A stretch of DNA of 53,418 nucleotides, filler included, from a bacterium (GTDB taxonomy: Bacteria; UBA9089; CG2-30-40-21; SBAY01): assembly GCA_040757115.1 (NCBI GenBank). It is 3 parts of 3 records of this genome, joined end to end, with 100 filler letters (N's around TTAATTAATTAA, not from the genome) between each part and the next. Parts side by side here need not be neighbours in the genome. Positions count along the whole stretch, not along the records: positions 35,842 to 53,418 come from JBFLYA010000071.1; 2 more parts are not named here. One strand, given 5' to 3'. The notes under the pieces were generated by a model. It was not told the DNA's origin. It saw only the letters and a program-made list of their open reading frames with translations, and made no database searches. Every line of letters begins with the position of its first letter. The first letter of the stretch is position 1. The position numbers and the translations under genes were made by a program. Below are positions 37,757-46,240 of the stretch, in pieces.

Positions 37757-38604
37757 AGAAAAAATTTAAAAAAGTGCTTGACTTTTATATGGTAGTCTGA
37801 CCCTAATACTCTTCTCAAAATCCAAAAAGCAACAAGAATCACTCCAAATGTGCAAACAATTGCCGCACCTGTTGGCAAGTCTAATTGGTAAGACAAAAAA
37901 AGACCAATTATGGATGTAAGTATTCCAATTATCCAACCCAAGATAAGTCTTTTGCTTATCTTTTCAAAAACTAATCCTGCACAAACTGCAGGAACTATAA
38001 GATAAGAGAATACCAAAAGAACACCAGCAACTGCAACTGATGTGGTAACAACAAGTCCAAATGTAGCATAAAAAAGGAAATCCCAAAGTTTAATTCTAAT
38101 CCCTTGGTTTTCTGCTTCTCTGGGATATAAGGAAATCTTAAGGAAGGTCTTTCTCCAAATTATGTGGAATATACCCACTAAAATTGCAACAATAAATATT
38201 TTGAAAATATCCACCCCTGTTACAAATAATATATTCCCTACCAGCATTCCTTTTATATGTTCTGCTTCTTCAGGTATTTTAGTCAGGACAAGAATTGCAC
38301 CTGCCGTTGAAACTGCGTAAACTATTCCTATTATTGCTTCCTGAGATACTTTTTTGTCCTTTACCCTTGTTAGGGAAAATATTCCTGCACCAATGAGAGT
38401 AAATAGAAGAGAAATCAAATATGCAGAGGTTGAATGAATCTCAACTCCAAAAAGAATTGATGATATTGCACCCAGTGCGGCAATCTGTGCTAATGCTAAA
38501 TCCACAAAAATTATCTCTCTCTCAATGATATGGATGCCAAAATATGCATAGATACCTGTTAATATCAAACAAGCAATAAAAGGTGCCAACATTAATTCAT
38601 ACAT
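37753..38604 (-). CDS. Metal (Zn/Mn) ABC transporter permease, ABC-3 family
   Basis: IIFVDLALAQIAALG, EAIIGIVY, GVLLVFSYL.VPA and DLPTGAAIV motifs. Confidence 0.9.
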   Translation of the reverse strand: MYELMLAPFIACLILTGIYAYFGIHIIEREIIFVDLALAQIAALGAISSILFGVEIHSTSAYLISLLFTLIGAGIFSLTRVKDKKVSQEAIIGIVYAVSTAGAILVLTKIPEEAEHIKGMLVGNILFVTGVDIFKIFIVAILVGIFHIIWRKTFLKISLYPREAENQGIRIKLWDFLFYATFGLVVTTSVAVAGVLLVFSYLIVPAVCAGLVFEKISKRLILGWIIGILTSIIGLFLSYQLDLPTGAAIVCTFGVILVAFWILRRVLGSDYHIKVKHFFKFFL

Positions 38605-38655
38605 AATTTTCCTCCTTTGCGTTTAGATATTCTGGTAGTCTATGTAGCCCGGGCA

Positions 38656-38877
38656 CTAACTGTTCAGCCGTGTCTATCAGATGGGACAATATTAACTCAA
38701 AACTCAAATGTCAAAACTCAAAACCTCATCTCAAAACCTTAAAACTAATAGATTCATTGAGATTTATTGCGACTGATGGAGAAGCCTTTAGTTTTTAGTT
38801 TTAAGTTGTAGTTTTGAGCTTTGCGTTTTGAGATTTGAGTTATAGTTACATATTTTTATCTATACCTGAACGGTTAC
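38656..38877. mobile_element. IS66-type MITE with 8-bp TSD, inserted into a remnant of another MITE
   Basis: Ends CTAACTGTTCAG / CTGAACGGTTAC; TSD CCCGGGCA; the rejoined flanks resemble the right end of the 2751-2908 element. Confidence 0.85.
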
Positions 38878-38922
38878 CCCGGGCAGATAGGCACTCAGAT
38901 ACCAGACCACCGAATGGTTGCC

Positions 38923-39825
38923 TTATTTCATTGTTTCTTCTATTTTTTCAATTATGTAATCAAAGAGTTTAAAATAATTATTAACCCCTTTTACACCTCC
39001 TGTCTGGCCTGGAAGGAGTAAAACCTTTGCACCTGTTTTCCTTGAGATTAAATCTGGTGCTTTGAGAGAAAAATATGACTCAACAATTATTAATCTGACC
39101 TCCTCCTGTTTTATTGTTTCAATAAGTTTTGCCACATGAGAAGGTGAAGGTGGAATACCTGGTTTTGGCTCAACAAAGCCTGCAATTTGCAAGTCAAAGG
39201 TATTTGTAAAATAGGGCCAGGAATTATGATAAGTAACAATCTTTGTTCCTTTGTATCTTGAAATTTTCTCTTTCCACTCAAGAATTTTTTCATCAAGTTT
39301 TTTTAAAAAATCTGCCCTATTTTTCTCAAAATATTCTTTATCTTTTGGTGAAATCTTAACGAGGGTATTTAAAATATTTTTTGTAACAACCTTTGCACTC
39401 TCGGGTGATAAAAGATAATGTGGATTTCCATAGAGGTGTATATCCCCCATAGAGGCATCTATTTTCCCTTCAGGAACTTCTAACTTTTTAACCCCAACGG
39501 ATACATCGCAATATCCTTTCTTACCATAAAACAAATTTGAATTTCTTGCTGTCTCAACAAGTGAATCAACCCACATATCTAAGTCCATCCCAATTTTTAC
39601 TAACATATCTGCATCCCTTAATTTTATTACCATACTTGGTCTGGGCTCAATTTGATGAATATCCTGATTTCCAGTTGACAAACTTACCACAGAAACCTTA
39701 TCTCCACCTACATATTCAACTAAACTTTTCAGGTCTTCTGTAGTGGTTACAACTTTTGTTGTTGCAAAGACAGTTGAGTTTATGCTTAGAAATAGCGGCA
39801 GAATAAATATCCATATATTTCTCAT
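38923..39825 (-). CDS. Metal ABC transporter substrate-binding protein (ZnuA/TroA family)
   Basis: Signal peptide; QDIHQIEPRPS, GDIH.YGNPHY, VTYHNSW and EPKPGIPPSPSH motifs. Confidence 0.92.
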   Translation of the reverse strand: MRNIWIFILPLFLSINSTVFATTKVVTTTEDLKSLVEYVGGDKVSVVSLSTGNQDIHQIEPRPSMVIKLRDADMLVKIGMDLDMWVDSLVETARNSNLFYGKKGYCDVSVGVKKLEVPEGKIDASMGDIHLYGNPHYLLSPESAKVVTKNILNTLVKISPKDKEYFEKNRADFLKKLDEKILEWKEKISRYKGTKIVTYHNSWPYFTNTFDLQIAGFVEPKPGIPPSPSHVAKLIETIKQEEVRLIIVESYFSLKAPDLISRKTGAKVLLLPGQTGGVKGVNNYFKLFDYIIEKIEETMK

Positions 39826-39844
39826 TTTTTTAGCTCCTTTTTTC

Positions 39845-40001
39845 GTAACCGTTCAGGGAGTCTGGTGTCTGGTGTCTAAGTATCTATGTTACATAGATTA
39901 CCAGACACATAGACACCCTTTACGCAAAATCGTAGGACTTGCTACTGTCCTGATTTCCCGAATGTTAACTGATTGCTGATACAGGATGGCTGAACGCTTA
40001 C
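39845..40001. mobile_element. IS66-type MITE with 8-bp TSD
   Basis: TIRs GTAACCGTTCAG / CTGAACGCTTAC; TSD CTTTTTTC; close inverted copy of 2751-2908. Confidence 0.9.
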
Positions 40002-40023
40002 CTTTTTTCTTACTCCACACCCT

Positions 40024-41130
40024 CTACTCAAGTGGGTGACTATGTGGTCCTATCCCAAATTGCAACTGCAAATATGCAGAATCATTTTTATTTTCAAAAT
40101 CATATTTATACTGCAGTCTCAACTTGGTTGTCTCGGTTAAATTTCTTGTAGCAATTAGAGATAAACCTTCAGATTTTTTTGCTATATTTACATCATCATT
40201 ATGTGGCCAGGCATCCTCTGTATGGTCATATCTAACACCAAAATCGTAATACTTATTTAGCTTATAGTTTGCAAAACTGTAAAAGCCACTTCTTTCTATT
40301 TTACCAATAGGAACCTCTCTTTTTAAGAAAAAGATTTCATTTTGCAACAAAAATCTTTTATGAGCAGAGAGCCATTTTTTGTAGGTCAGGTCTATTCCAT
40401 AAACTTCTACATTATCTTTATGTTCTTTAAAATGTGCTCCTTTCCCTTTGGCAAAATTTAAGCCAATTTCTAATTCAGAAATATCTGACCATGGATACGA
40501 ACCCCACAATTTTGCTGTACAAACCTTGTCTGCAAGAGAAAATTCATCTGTATGATGCTCTTCTTCATCGTGGTGGTGATGACCTTCTACATACCATGTT
40601 CCTAACTCAAACTGAAGGAATCTTTTTGTTGGCAGTAGATAACTTAACACTGCTCCTTGTCCCACTAATCCATGCCCCCCAAAGAAATTTGTAATAACCT
40701 CAGGCTGGTCAGCATAAGGTCGATGATGGGAGTGAATCTTATTTATTTTCCCAAAATCAGTATGGATTTTTCCTGCTTTTAGATTAAATCCTTTTCCTAA
40801 ATTTAAGAAACTGACATAACCTTCACAAATTTCTGCTACGGTTTCTTCTCCATGTCTATGCATTGCTAAAAACATATCCGCCCGCATCTGTGGATAAATA
40901 TATCCTTGCAATGCCAATTCAACTTCCCTGACTAAAATTTTATTTCTCTCTTCATCATTTTTATCATCATTTAACTTTCCGACTATGTCTCCAACAAAAC
41001 TTACATCCGGAAAGTTTGCCGTAGTTGTTTTCATCCCTGGTGGCAGAGTTGATTGTTCCTCCTGATTTTGAGCAAAGGAAATACCTCCCAATAGAAAAAC
41101 CATCAATAAATTAATAAAATTTTTTTTCAT
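40024..41130 (-). CDS. His-rich outer-membrane beta-barrel, probable metal uptake channel
   Basis: Signal peptide; REVELALQG, FGKINKIHSHH, HHHHDEEEHH loop and C-terminal LQF.IGPHSHP. Confidence 0.75.
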   Translation of the reverse strand: MKKNFINLLMVFLLGGISFAQNQEEQSTLPPGMKTTTANFPDVSFVGDIVGKLNDDKNDEERNKILVREVELALQGYIYPQMRADMFLAMHRHGEETVAEICEGYVSFLNLGKGFNLKAGKIHTDFGKINKIHSHHRPYADQPEVITNFFGGHGLVGQGAVLSYLLPTKRFLQFELGTWYVEGHHHHDEEEHHTDEFSLADKVCTAKLWGSYPWSDISELEIGLNFAKGKGAHFKEHKDNVEVYGIDLTYKKWLSAHKRFLLQNEIFFLKREVPIGKIERSGFYSFANYKLNKYYDFGVRYDHTEDAWPHNDDVNIAKKSEGLSLIATRNLTETTKLRLQYKYDFENKNDSAYLQLQFGIGPHSHPLE

Positions 41131-41338
41131 TTTTGAACCTCCTGTAAATAGATTTCACCGCAGAACCACAGAAGACGCAGAGAGTAATAAAAAACCAACT
41201 GGTATTAAGGGCAAGCCATGAGCCCTTGCATCATCCTGCTGGGCAAACGCTTATGGTTATCCCTCCATAACAGAGCAAGCTGCCTGTCCCTCTTCTGTCT
41301 TGCGAATTGTTTTTTTACCGCGAATGGAAAAAACGGGG

Positions 41339-41599
41339 TTATGCCGGTGGGGCACGACTAAATAGAGAGGTTGAAGCAATTGAAGGCAATAGCAAAGATT
41401 CTTGGGGTAAATCTAAAGCGGAAATATGTTGAAGGATATCAAATGAGACATCATCCTGCTGAATTAAAGATAACTGGTGGCTTACAATACAAAGTGAACA
41501 CTCAGAATGTGAAGTCTCATCCTCGTGGTGATGAAAGCCTCCTACAAAGGAGAAGAATAAAAAAAGTAATATCAAAACAAAAGAAATCTTTTTATTCAT
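41339..41599 (-). CDS. DUF2946-like leader peptide with CxxC and C-terminal RAPP motif
   Basis: Hydrophobic N-terminus, HHHEDE.SH.ECSLC, and the ending SRAPPA*. Confidence 0.8.
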   Translation of the reverse strand: MNKKISFVLILLFLFFSFVGGFHHHEDETSHSECSLCIVSHQLSLIQQDDVSFDILQHISALDLPQESLLLPSIASTSLFSRAPPA

Positions 41600-41606
41600 A
41601 GAACCA

Positions 41607-41635
41607 AGTTTAACATAAATAGTTATCATTGTCAA
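41607..41635 (-). promoter_or_regulatory. Sigma70 promoter overlapping a partial Fur/Zur-like box
   Basis: TTGACA-17 nt-TAAACT; the spacer region includes AATGATAACTAT; predicted +1 falls near the ATG at 41599. Confidence 0.6.
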
Positions 41636-41814
41636 GAAAAAAAATTAAAAAGCTGGTAATGCCTCGGTTATCAGGTGTAAATTGTTTGTAGTAACCCGCT
41701 TTATCGGATGAATTCCTGATAAACAACCGCATAATGTTTTTTGCAAAAGTAAGTTCCTCTTTTCGCAACTAATGTGGAGTGCGAAAGTGCCAGAGATGCT
41801 ATCTCCTTGCTTTC

Positions 41815-41911
41815 GCTTACGGATAAGTCTCATCCGCATTATATCCAGGCCGGTTTCAGGATCAATTACAGCCCCTAAATCATTAATTACCTTCCATTTT
41901 AAGCTCTCCAT
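41815..41911 (-). pseudogene. DUF59 / iron-sulfur cluster assembly protein, N-terminal fragment
   Basis: VINDLGAVIDPETGLDIMRMRLI, after which the frame runs into repeat-like sequence. Confidence 0.6.
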
Positions 41912-42755
41912 AGCATTGCTCCCAGATCTTTTTAATGGTAACAGAAACTTCTGCGTGGCTATACTCGACCACAGGTTTTTTATTAACCAGTGATTCTACC
42001 ACCAGCGGGTCAAAACGGATTTTGCCCACCAGACTATATCCGTTCTGCTGGCAATATTGTGTAATTCTCTCTGCCATCTCGGTATTCAGATCGTATTTGT
42101 TGATACAGACCAGGGTTGGGATGCCAAAATGGCCGGCTAATTTAGCCACCCGGTCTAAATCGTGCAGTCCGGATAGAGTGGGTTCGGTTACCACCAGCAC
42201 AGCCGATGCCCCGGTGATAGCCGCAATTACCGGACAGCCAATACCTGGCGGGCCATCAATAATAATCAGGTTATATTTATGTTTTTCAGCTAACAGTTTA
42301 GCCTGATTTCTTACTAAGGTAACCAGCTTACCAGAGTTTTCCTCAGCTATACCCAGCTTTGCATGTGCCATCGGGCCATATTGGGTCTCGGATATAAACC
42401 AATCACCAGATAGGTTCTCCTCCATTTTAATTGCCTTTTGCTCACAGATATGGCTGCAAACCCCACAGCCTTCACAGGAGATAGAATTAACCTTGAAACC
42501 AGGTGATATGGCATCAAACCGGCAAACAACTATGCACTTACCGCACTTATTACAGGCCCGCATATCCAATTTAGCAATCTTACCGCTTCTAAACTGGTGA
42601 GTCTCTTTGACCTGAGGCTGAAGCAGAAGATGCAGGTCTGCCGCATCCACATCGCAGTCTGCCATAACCTTGTTTTTAGCTAAAGCAGCAAAAGAAGCAG
42701 TAATAATAGTCTTACCCGTGCCTCCTTTACCGCTGATAACAACCAGCTCTTTCAA
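41883..42755 (-). CDS. MinD/ParA-superfamily P-loop ATPase with inserted 4Fe-4S ferredoxin domain
   Basis: ISGKGGTGKT, DCDVDAADLH, two CxxCxxCxxxC-type motifs, DGPPGIGCPV and TEPT.SG.HDL. Confidence 0.92.
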   Translation of the reverse strand: MKELVVISGKGGTGKTIITASFAALAKNKVMADCDVDAADLHLLLQPQVKETHQFRSGKIAKLDMRACNKCGKCIVVCRFDAISPGFKVNSISCEGCGVCSHICEQKAIKMEENLSGDWFISETQYGPMAHAKLGIAEENSGKLVTLVRNQAKLLAEKHKYNLIIIDGPPGIGCPVIAAITGASAVLVVTEPTLSGLHDLDRVAKLAGHFGIPTLVCINKYDLNTEMAERITQYCQQNGYSLVGKIRFDPLVVESLVNKKPVVEYSHAEVSVTIKKIWEQCYGELKMEGN

Positions 42756-43045
42756 TTTTATTCCCCCTTTCAAATCTAAAATAGAGCTTGACAATGCCTG
42801 CTCACAAACTACTGTTATACGCTCTGCCGATCTACTCTCACGTATGTGTTTAGCTCCTTAATATGTGTTGAGCTTCCTCATTAAAGAGCCAGAAATCGTT
42901 TTGTTTAATTGTAAATTTTAAATTGCAAATTTTAAATTTTTTCGACCTGTGAAATAGGTTTACAAATATCCTCCAATAGAGTAGAGAAAGCGTCCCGCTT
43001 TGTATCTTCAGTGAGAAAAAGAATAAACAGGCCGCTCCTATGGAG

Positions 43046-43639
43046 CTAACTCATATCTTTGTTTGGTAAAATAGCCTCATAGACAAACTGTCTTCCTCTT
43101 TCATCAAGTAACTCTTCATTTCGACTTACCAGGTGTAATTTGTATAAGTTAAGTAGCCTTGTAGAGCTGGTATTAATTTCAAGACCCATTAAATCCGCTA
43201 ATTCTCTGGCAGAGAGTTTGCCTTTTTTTAATACATAACTTAAGGTATCCCGAAGATAGGTGTTTAATACTCCTAATACCTGATAAGCTTCATTTTCATC
43301 AAAAGATAGTATGGCTAATTTCTTACGCTCTAATGCTACTTCAATATTCTCCCGCTGGGTTGAATTTGTTCCCTTTAACAGGATGTGTTTATCTCCATAC
43401 TCGCCAGAATTAAGTCTGGTGATAAGTTTAGCAATAATCTCATCTGCACAGGAATAGTCAATAATACCAATGCCTCCAAAATCTAATATAATTATTGTCC
43501 CTTCTGGTTCTTTTTCTAACATACCTTCAATAGCCTCTCGAATCCTTTTGCCTGTTTGGCGAGTGACTAAATTAAAAGAGCCATTGGTAAGGCACGTAGC
43601 CATAATATTTTTTAGTTGATAAGTGTTATGCCTGGTCAT
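43046..43639 (-). CDS. STAS-like (DUF4325-like) domain plus winged HTH protein
   Basis: LVTR..G..IR, LDF.GI..ID.S.ADE, and a C-terminal HTH (SARELAD.MGL.INT.STRL..L). Confidence 0.7.
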   Translation of the reverse strand: MTRHNTYQLKNIMATCLTNGSFNLVTRQTGKRIREAIEGMLEKEPEGTIIILDFGGIGIIDYSCADEIIAKLITRLNSGEYGDKHILLKGTNSTQRENIEVALERKKLAILSFDENEAYQVLGVLNTYLRDTLSYVLKKGKLSARELADLMGLEINTSSTRLLNLYKLHLVSRNEELLDERGRQFVYEAILPNKDMS

Positions 43640-43715
43640 GGATATTTTACCTCAAATTATTCACTTAAAAGGCTACATCAAGTTTCTTTTCCATTATACT
43701 TTATCCTTTTATCAA

Positions 43716-43910
43716 CAGCAATTCTCGGTGAAATTTTGCAGGTAGTATTGACAATGGATCTCAGGCAAAAGCAAAAATGTTTTTCGCCAAGATTCTTGGT
43801 AAAGAGAGAATGTAGTGAGGGACTTTAGTCCCGTTATAATGCTTGTGGTTACTATAAGACGCACCTAAAGGTGCTCACTACAGTCTAGTTACATTCACCG
43901 AGAATTGCTG
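43716..43910. mobile_element. MITE with perfect 17-bp TIR and 9-bp TSD, carrying a REP-like doublet
   Basis: CAGCAATTCTCGGTGAA / TTCACCGAGAATTGCTG; TSD TTTTATCAA; internal TGTAGTGAG...CTCACTACA; a solo end also occurs at 36628-36644. Confidence 0.9.
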
Positions 43911-43927
43911 TTTTATCAAAAAAACTC

Positions 43928-43956
43928 TTGACAAATTTATTAAAATGTAGTATATT
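43928..43956 (+). promoter_or_regulatory. Sigma70 promoter driving the putative ncRNA
   Basis: TTGACA-17 nt-TATATT. Confidence 0.7.
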
Positions 43957-43965
43957 ATTATAATA

Positions 43966-44068
43966 GAGTTTGTGAGTAAGGCCTATACGGTTCCCAAGGG
44001 GACTTTGCTCTGTGAGTTGAAGAATGATCCTTGGGGGGTACCATATAGGGGTCGCAAACTCATTTTTT
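43966..44068 (+). ncRNA. Putative DUF3800-associated structured ncRNA
   Basis: Extended hairpin GAGTTTGTGA/TCGCAAACTC, CCTATA/TATAGG, TCCCAAGG/CCTTGGGG with an apical stem; several G-U pairs that only form on the + strand; followed by a U-tract; GC-rich relative to its surroundings. Confidence 0.65.
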
Positions 44069-44717
44069 ATGCAGATAAATTCTCCTCCTCAAAACATATC
44101 TTTTCCTTGAAAATCTCATACCAGTCTAAATTTTTATTCTCATATTTTCTAAATATTCCCCAACAGAAAAGGTCTACTGCCTGTAGCCCTTTACTCGTTT
44201 TGGAATCTAAATGAAAGACATTAAGTTTCACCTTAGGGGAAAGGCTTCCTTCTAATTGATAAAGAAGGTATGCGTCGAATGTTCTTTGTTCTTCTTTGGT
44301 CTTACACCGATCAAGAGTTATAATTATTCTGGAACTTGCTTTTTTAAGTGGGCACCTTTCAATTATTAACCTTGCCAGGTAGTTATATAGCCTTTCTTTA
44401 TCTTTCCTTAAAGTTTCGGGAACTTTCTTTTTGTTGAAAACTACCACATAAAGGCTAAATGGATCATTTTTAATTTGTCTATAAAAGTATCTTTTTGTCC
44501 CTATACTTGTTTTAGACCCTTTAAGCTCTAAGGAGATATTCTTTTTTCTGACGTAATTAACCTTACTTTTAAGTGTCCTTGCAACAGCCTTCTCTATGTT
44601 TCTAATTACAAAACCACTTTCAATTACCAGCAAAGTTATTATGAAATAGCCAGTCGTCTTCGGCTTTGAGAAATCAAACCCTAAATCACCACTTTCATCA
44701 AGATATAAATATAACAT
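44067..44717 (-). CDS. DUF3800 domain protein (RNase H-like fold)
   Basis: YLYLDESGDLG, ELKGS and DSK.S.GLQAVDLFCW motifs. Confidence 0.9.
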   Translation of the reverse strand: MLYLYLDESGDLGFDFSKPKTTGYFIITLLVIESGFVIRNIEKAVARTLKSKVNYVRKKNISLELKGSKTSIGTKRYFYRQIKNDPFSLYVVVFNKKKVPETLRKDKERLYNYLARLIIERCPLKKASSRIIITLDRCKTKEEQRTFDAYLLYQLEGSLSPKVKLNVFHLDSKTSKGLQAVDLFCWGIFRKYENKNLDWYEIFKEKICFEEENLSA

Positions 44718-44864
44718 TTTCGTATTCATTCTCCAGTTCTTTAAGTTTTTCTAGTTCGGCCCAGGGTCTAATAGAATTACCAATAGTCCTGCCGGGTGCT
44801 GGTGAAGAGTATCTTATATAGTTTGATTTTTTATGATTCTCAAGGCTTAAGTTAAGTTGTTGTG
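44716..44864 (-). pseudogene. Chimeric scar: copy of the MTase 5' end fused to a piece of the PLD nuclease
   Basis: 44755-44864 matches 50088-50197 (2 mismatches seen); 44716-44755 matches 47057-47096 (1 mismatch seen). Confidence 0.85.
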
Positions 44865-44891
44865 ACTCCATATGATTCCCATATTTTAACA

Positions 44892-45218
44892 TTATTCTTT
44901 TCTCCCTCCGCCAAGAAATTGTATCAAATTATCATCCCATTTTTGAATCATATATACATGTTTACGAGGATTTTTTAATATTTGAGGGTCTATATCAAAC
45001 TTTAAGTAATATTTGACTCTTTTTAACACATTCAGATTCATTGATTGCCAACAATACCATGCTATTACTCCATCATTTGTATTAGGACCTAAGTTGGTAA
45101 AATACCATCCAGTACCATGTGCTGAATCCATTGCTATCCACGGAGCGGATGGCCTAAATTTTCTAGTTCTCATAATATTATCGTAATTTTCTTTACTTGT
45201 ATAATGGTAAACTATCAT
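44892..45218 (-). CDS. HYD1-type ADP-ribosyltransferase (Tox-ART-HYD1-like)
   Basis: VYHYTS.E....I...F.PS...HG.GWYFT.L.P signature. Confidence 0.75.
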   Translation of the reverse strand: MIVYHYTSKENYDNIMRTRKFRPSAPWIAMDSAHGTGWYFTNLGPNTNDGVIAWYCWQSMNLNVLKRVKYYLKFDIDPQILKNPRKHVYMIQKWDDNLIQFLGGGRKE

Positions 45219-46144
45219 TTTTTTATTTCTCCCAAGGGAACTATTGCATATTGTAGATGTTTGACATACTCCGGTATTTCTGCCTCATCCTTCTCATGAA
45301 CTACAATATCGATTTCTTTTAAGGGACCATGATGAAACTTAGTAAAACAATAGTTAATGGAAATCAGAAGGAGTAGTACGGCTGTACTTATAGATATACC
45401 TCCTCGGCCACTACCCAAAATAGGCATAATTAGTTTAGAGATTCTCATAATAGCTGTTTTTTCAAAGATTTGTTCAACACATTTGCAAATGGAGCTCGGT
45501 TCTGTTTTAAAGCCAATAGATTCTGCTTTTAATACTGAAGCTATTAATAAAATATTAACATTAAGATTGTAAAAGGAAGATAACTCGATGATAGTGCCTA
45601 CTGGATAAATTTCGTTATTGTTTCGTTGACAATCTACTTCTCTTTCTTGCAATTGACCTTTAATAAATTGTTTAAGTTCTGAAATTCTATCAGGACAATA
45701 TGTGATATTAAATGAACCAAATGCAGTTTTAGTATCCACAAGCTCATCAATAAATGTTGCATCAACGGGAAGTACTACTGCTACTGTTTTATCTAAACCT
45801 GAAATATCTTCAATCTTGCCTATTTTGATGTTAACTTTATATTTCCCAAATGTAAGAGGAAGAGGTTCATTCTTAATGTTTATTTTTTCCTTCACCCATT
45901 TGTTTTGTTTCAGAATTTGAATAACACCACAACCCACAAGCATAACTCCCATTATGAATAATAGCCATCTTGTTAAATCTGTTAGAGTTACTGGAAAACA
46001 GAAACCTGTTATTTTATCATATTTAAAAATGGAAGATAAAATGAATAAGAGCCCAACTAATATTGTCAAAACAATAGGATTTTTGGATATTAATATTATA
46101 ATCTCTTTTATCTCTTTAATCATAACTTGTTCTCCATCCATCAA
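45215..46144 (-). CDS. Two-TM protein with C-terminal macrodomain (Thoeris ThsA-macro-like)
   Basis: Two N-terminal TM helices; I.IG.IED, AVVLPVD..F, YPVGTII and MPILGSGRGG (macro P.LG.G.GG loop). Confidence 0.7.
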   Translation of the reverse strand: MMDGEQVMIKEIKEIIILISKNPIVLTILVGLLFILSSIFKYDKITGFCFPVTLTDLTRWLLFIMGVMLVGCGVIQILKQNKWVKEKINIKNEPLPLTFGKYKVNIKIGKIEDISGLDKTVAVVLPVDATFIDELVDTKTAFGSFNITYCPDRISELKQFIKGQLQEREVDCQRNNNEIYPVGTIIELSSFYNLNVNILLIASVLKAESIGFKTEPSSICKCVEQIFEKTAIMRISKLIMPILGSGRGGISISTAVLLLLISINYCFTKFHHGPLKEIDIVVHEKDEAEIPEYVKHLQYAIVPLGEIKK

Positions 46145-46240
46145 TAATATTTCCCTACAAAATGTTTTTCTATCATCCCCCTAATCTCCTTACCATTTAC
46201 AAGTTCTACTTCTGTCTTTTTATCAGATTGAGTTGGTATA

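Noticed and set aside
43972-44214. 80-aa + strand ORF downstream of the promoter at 43928
   Set aside because: Starts with GTG without an RBS inside the hairpin and runs antisense into DUF3800; the RNA-structure explanation fits better, though a peptide cannot be excluded.
12516-46144. TIR (12516) and TM-macro (45215) as one split type II Thoeris system
   Set aside because: They lie on different contigs, each with its own coupled partner; action in trans is possible but unsupported.
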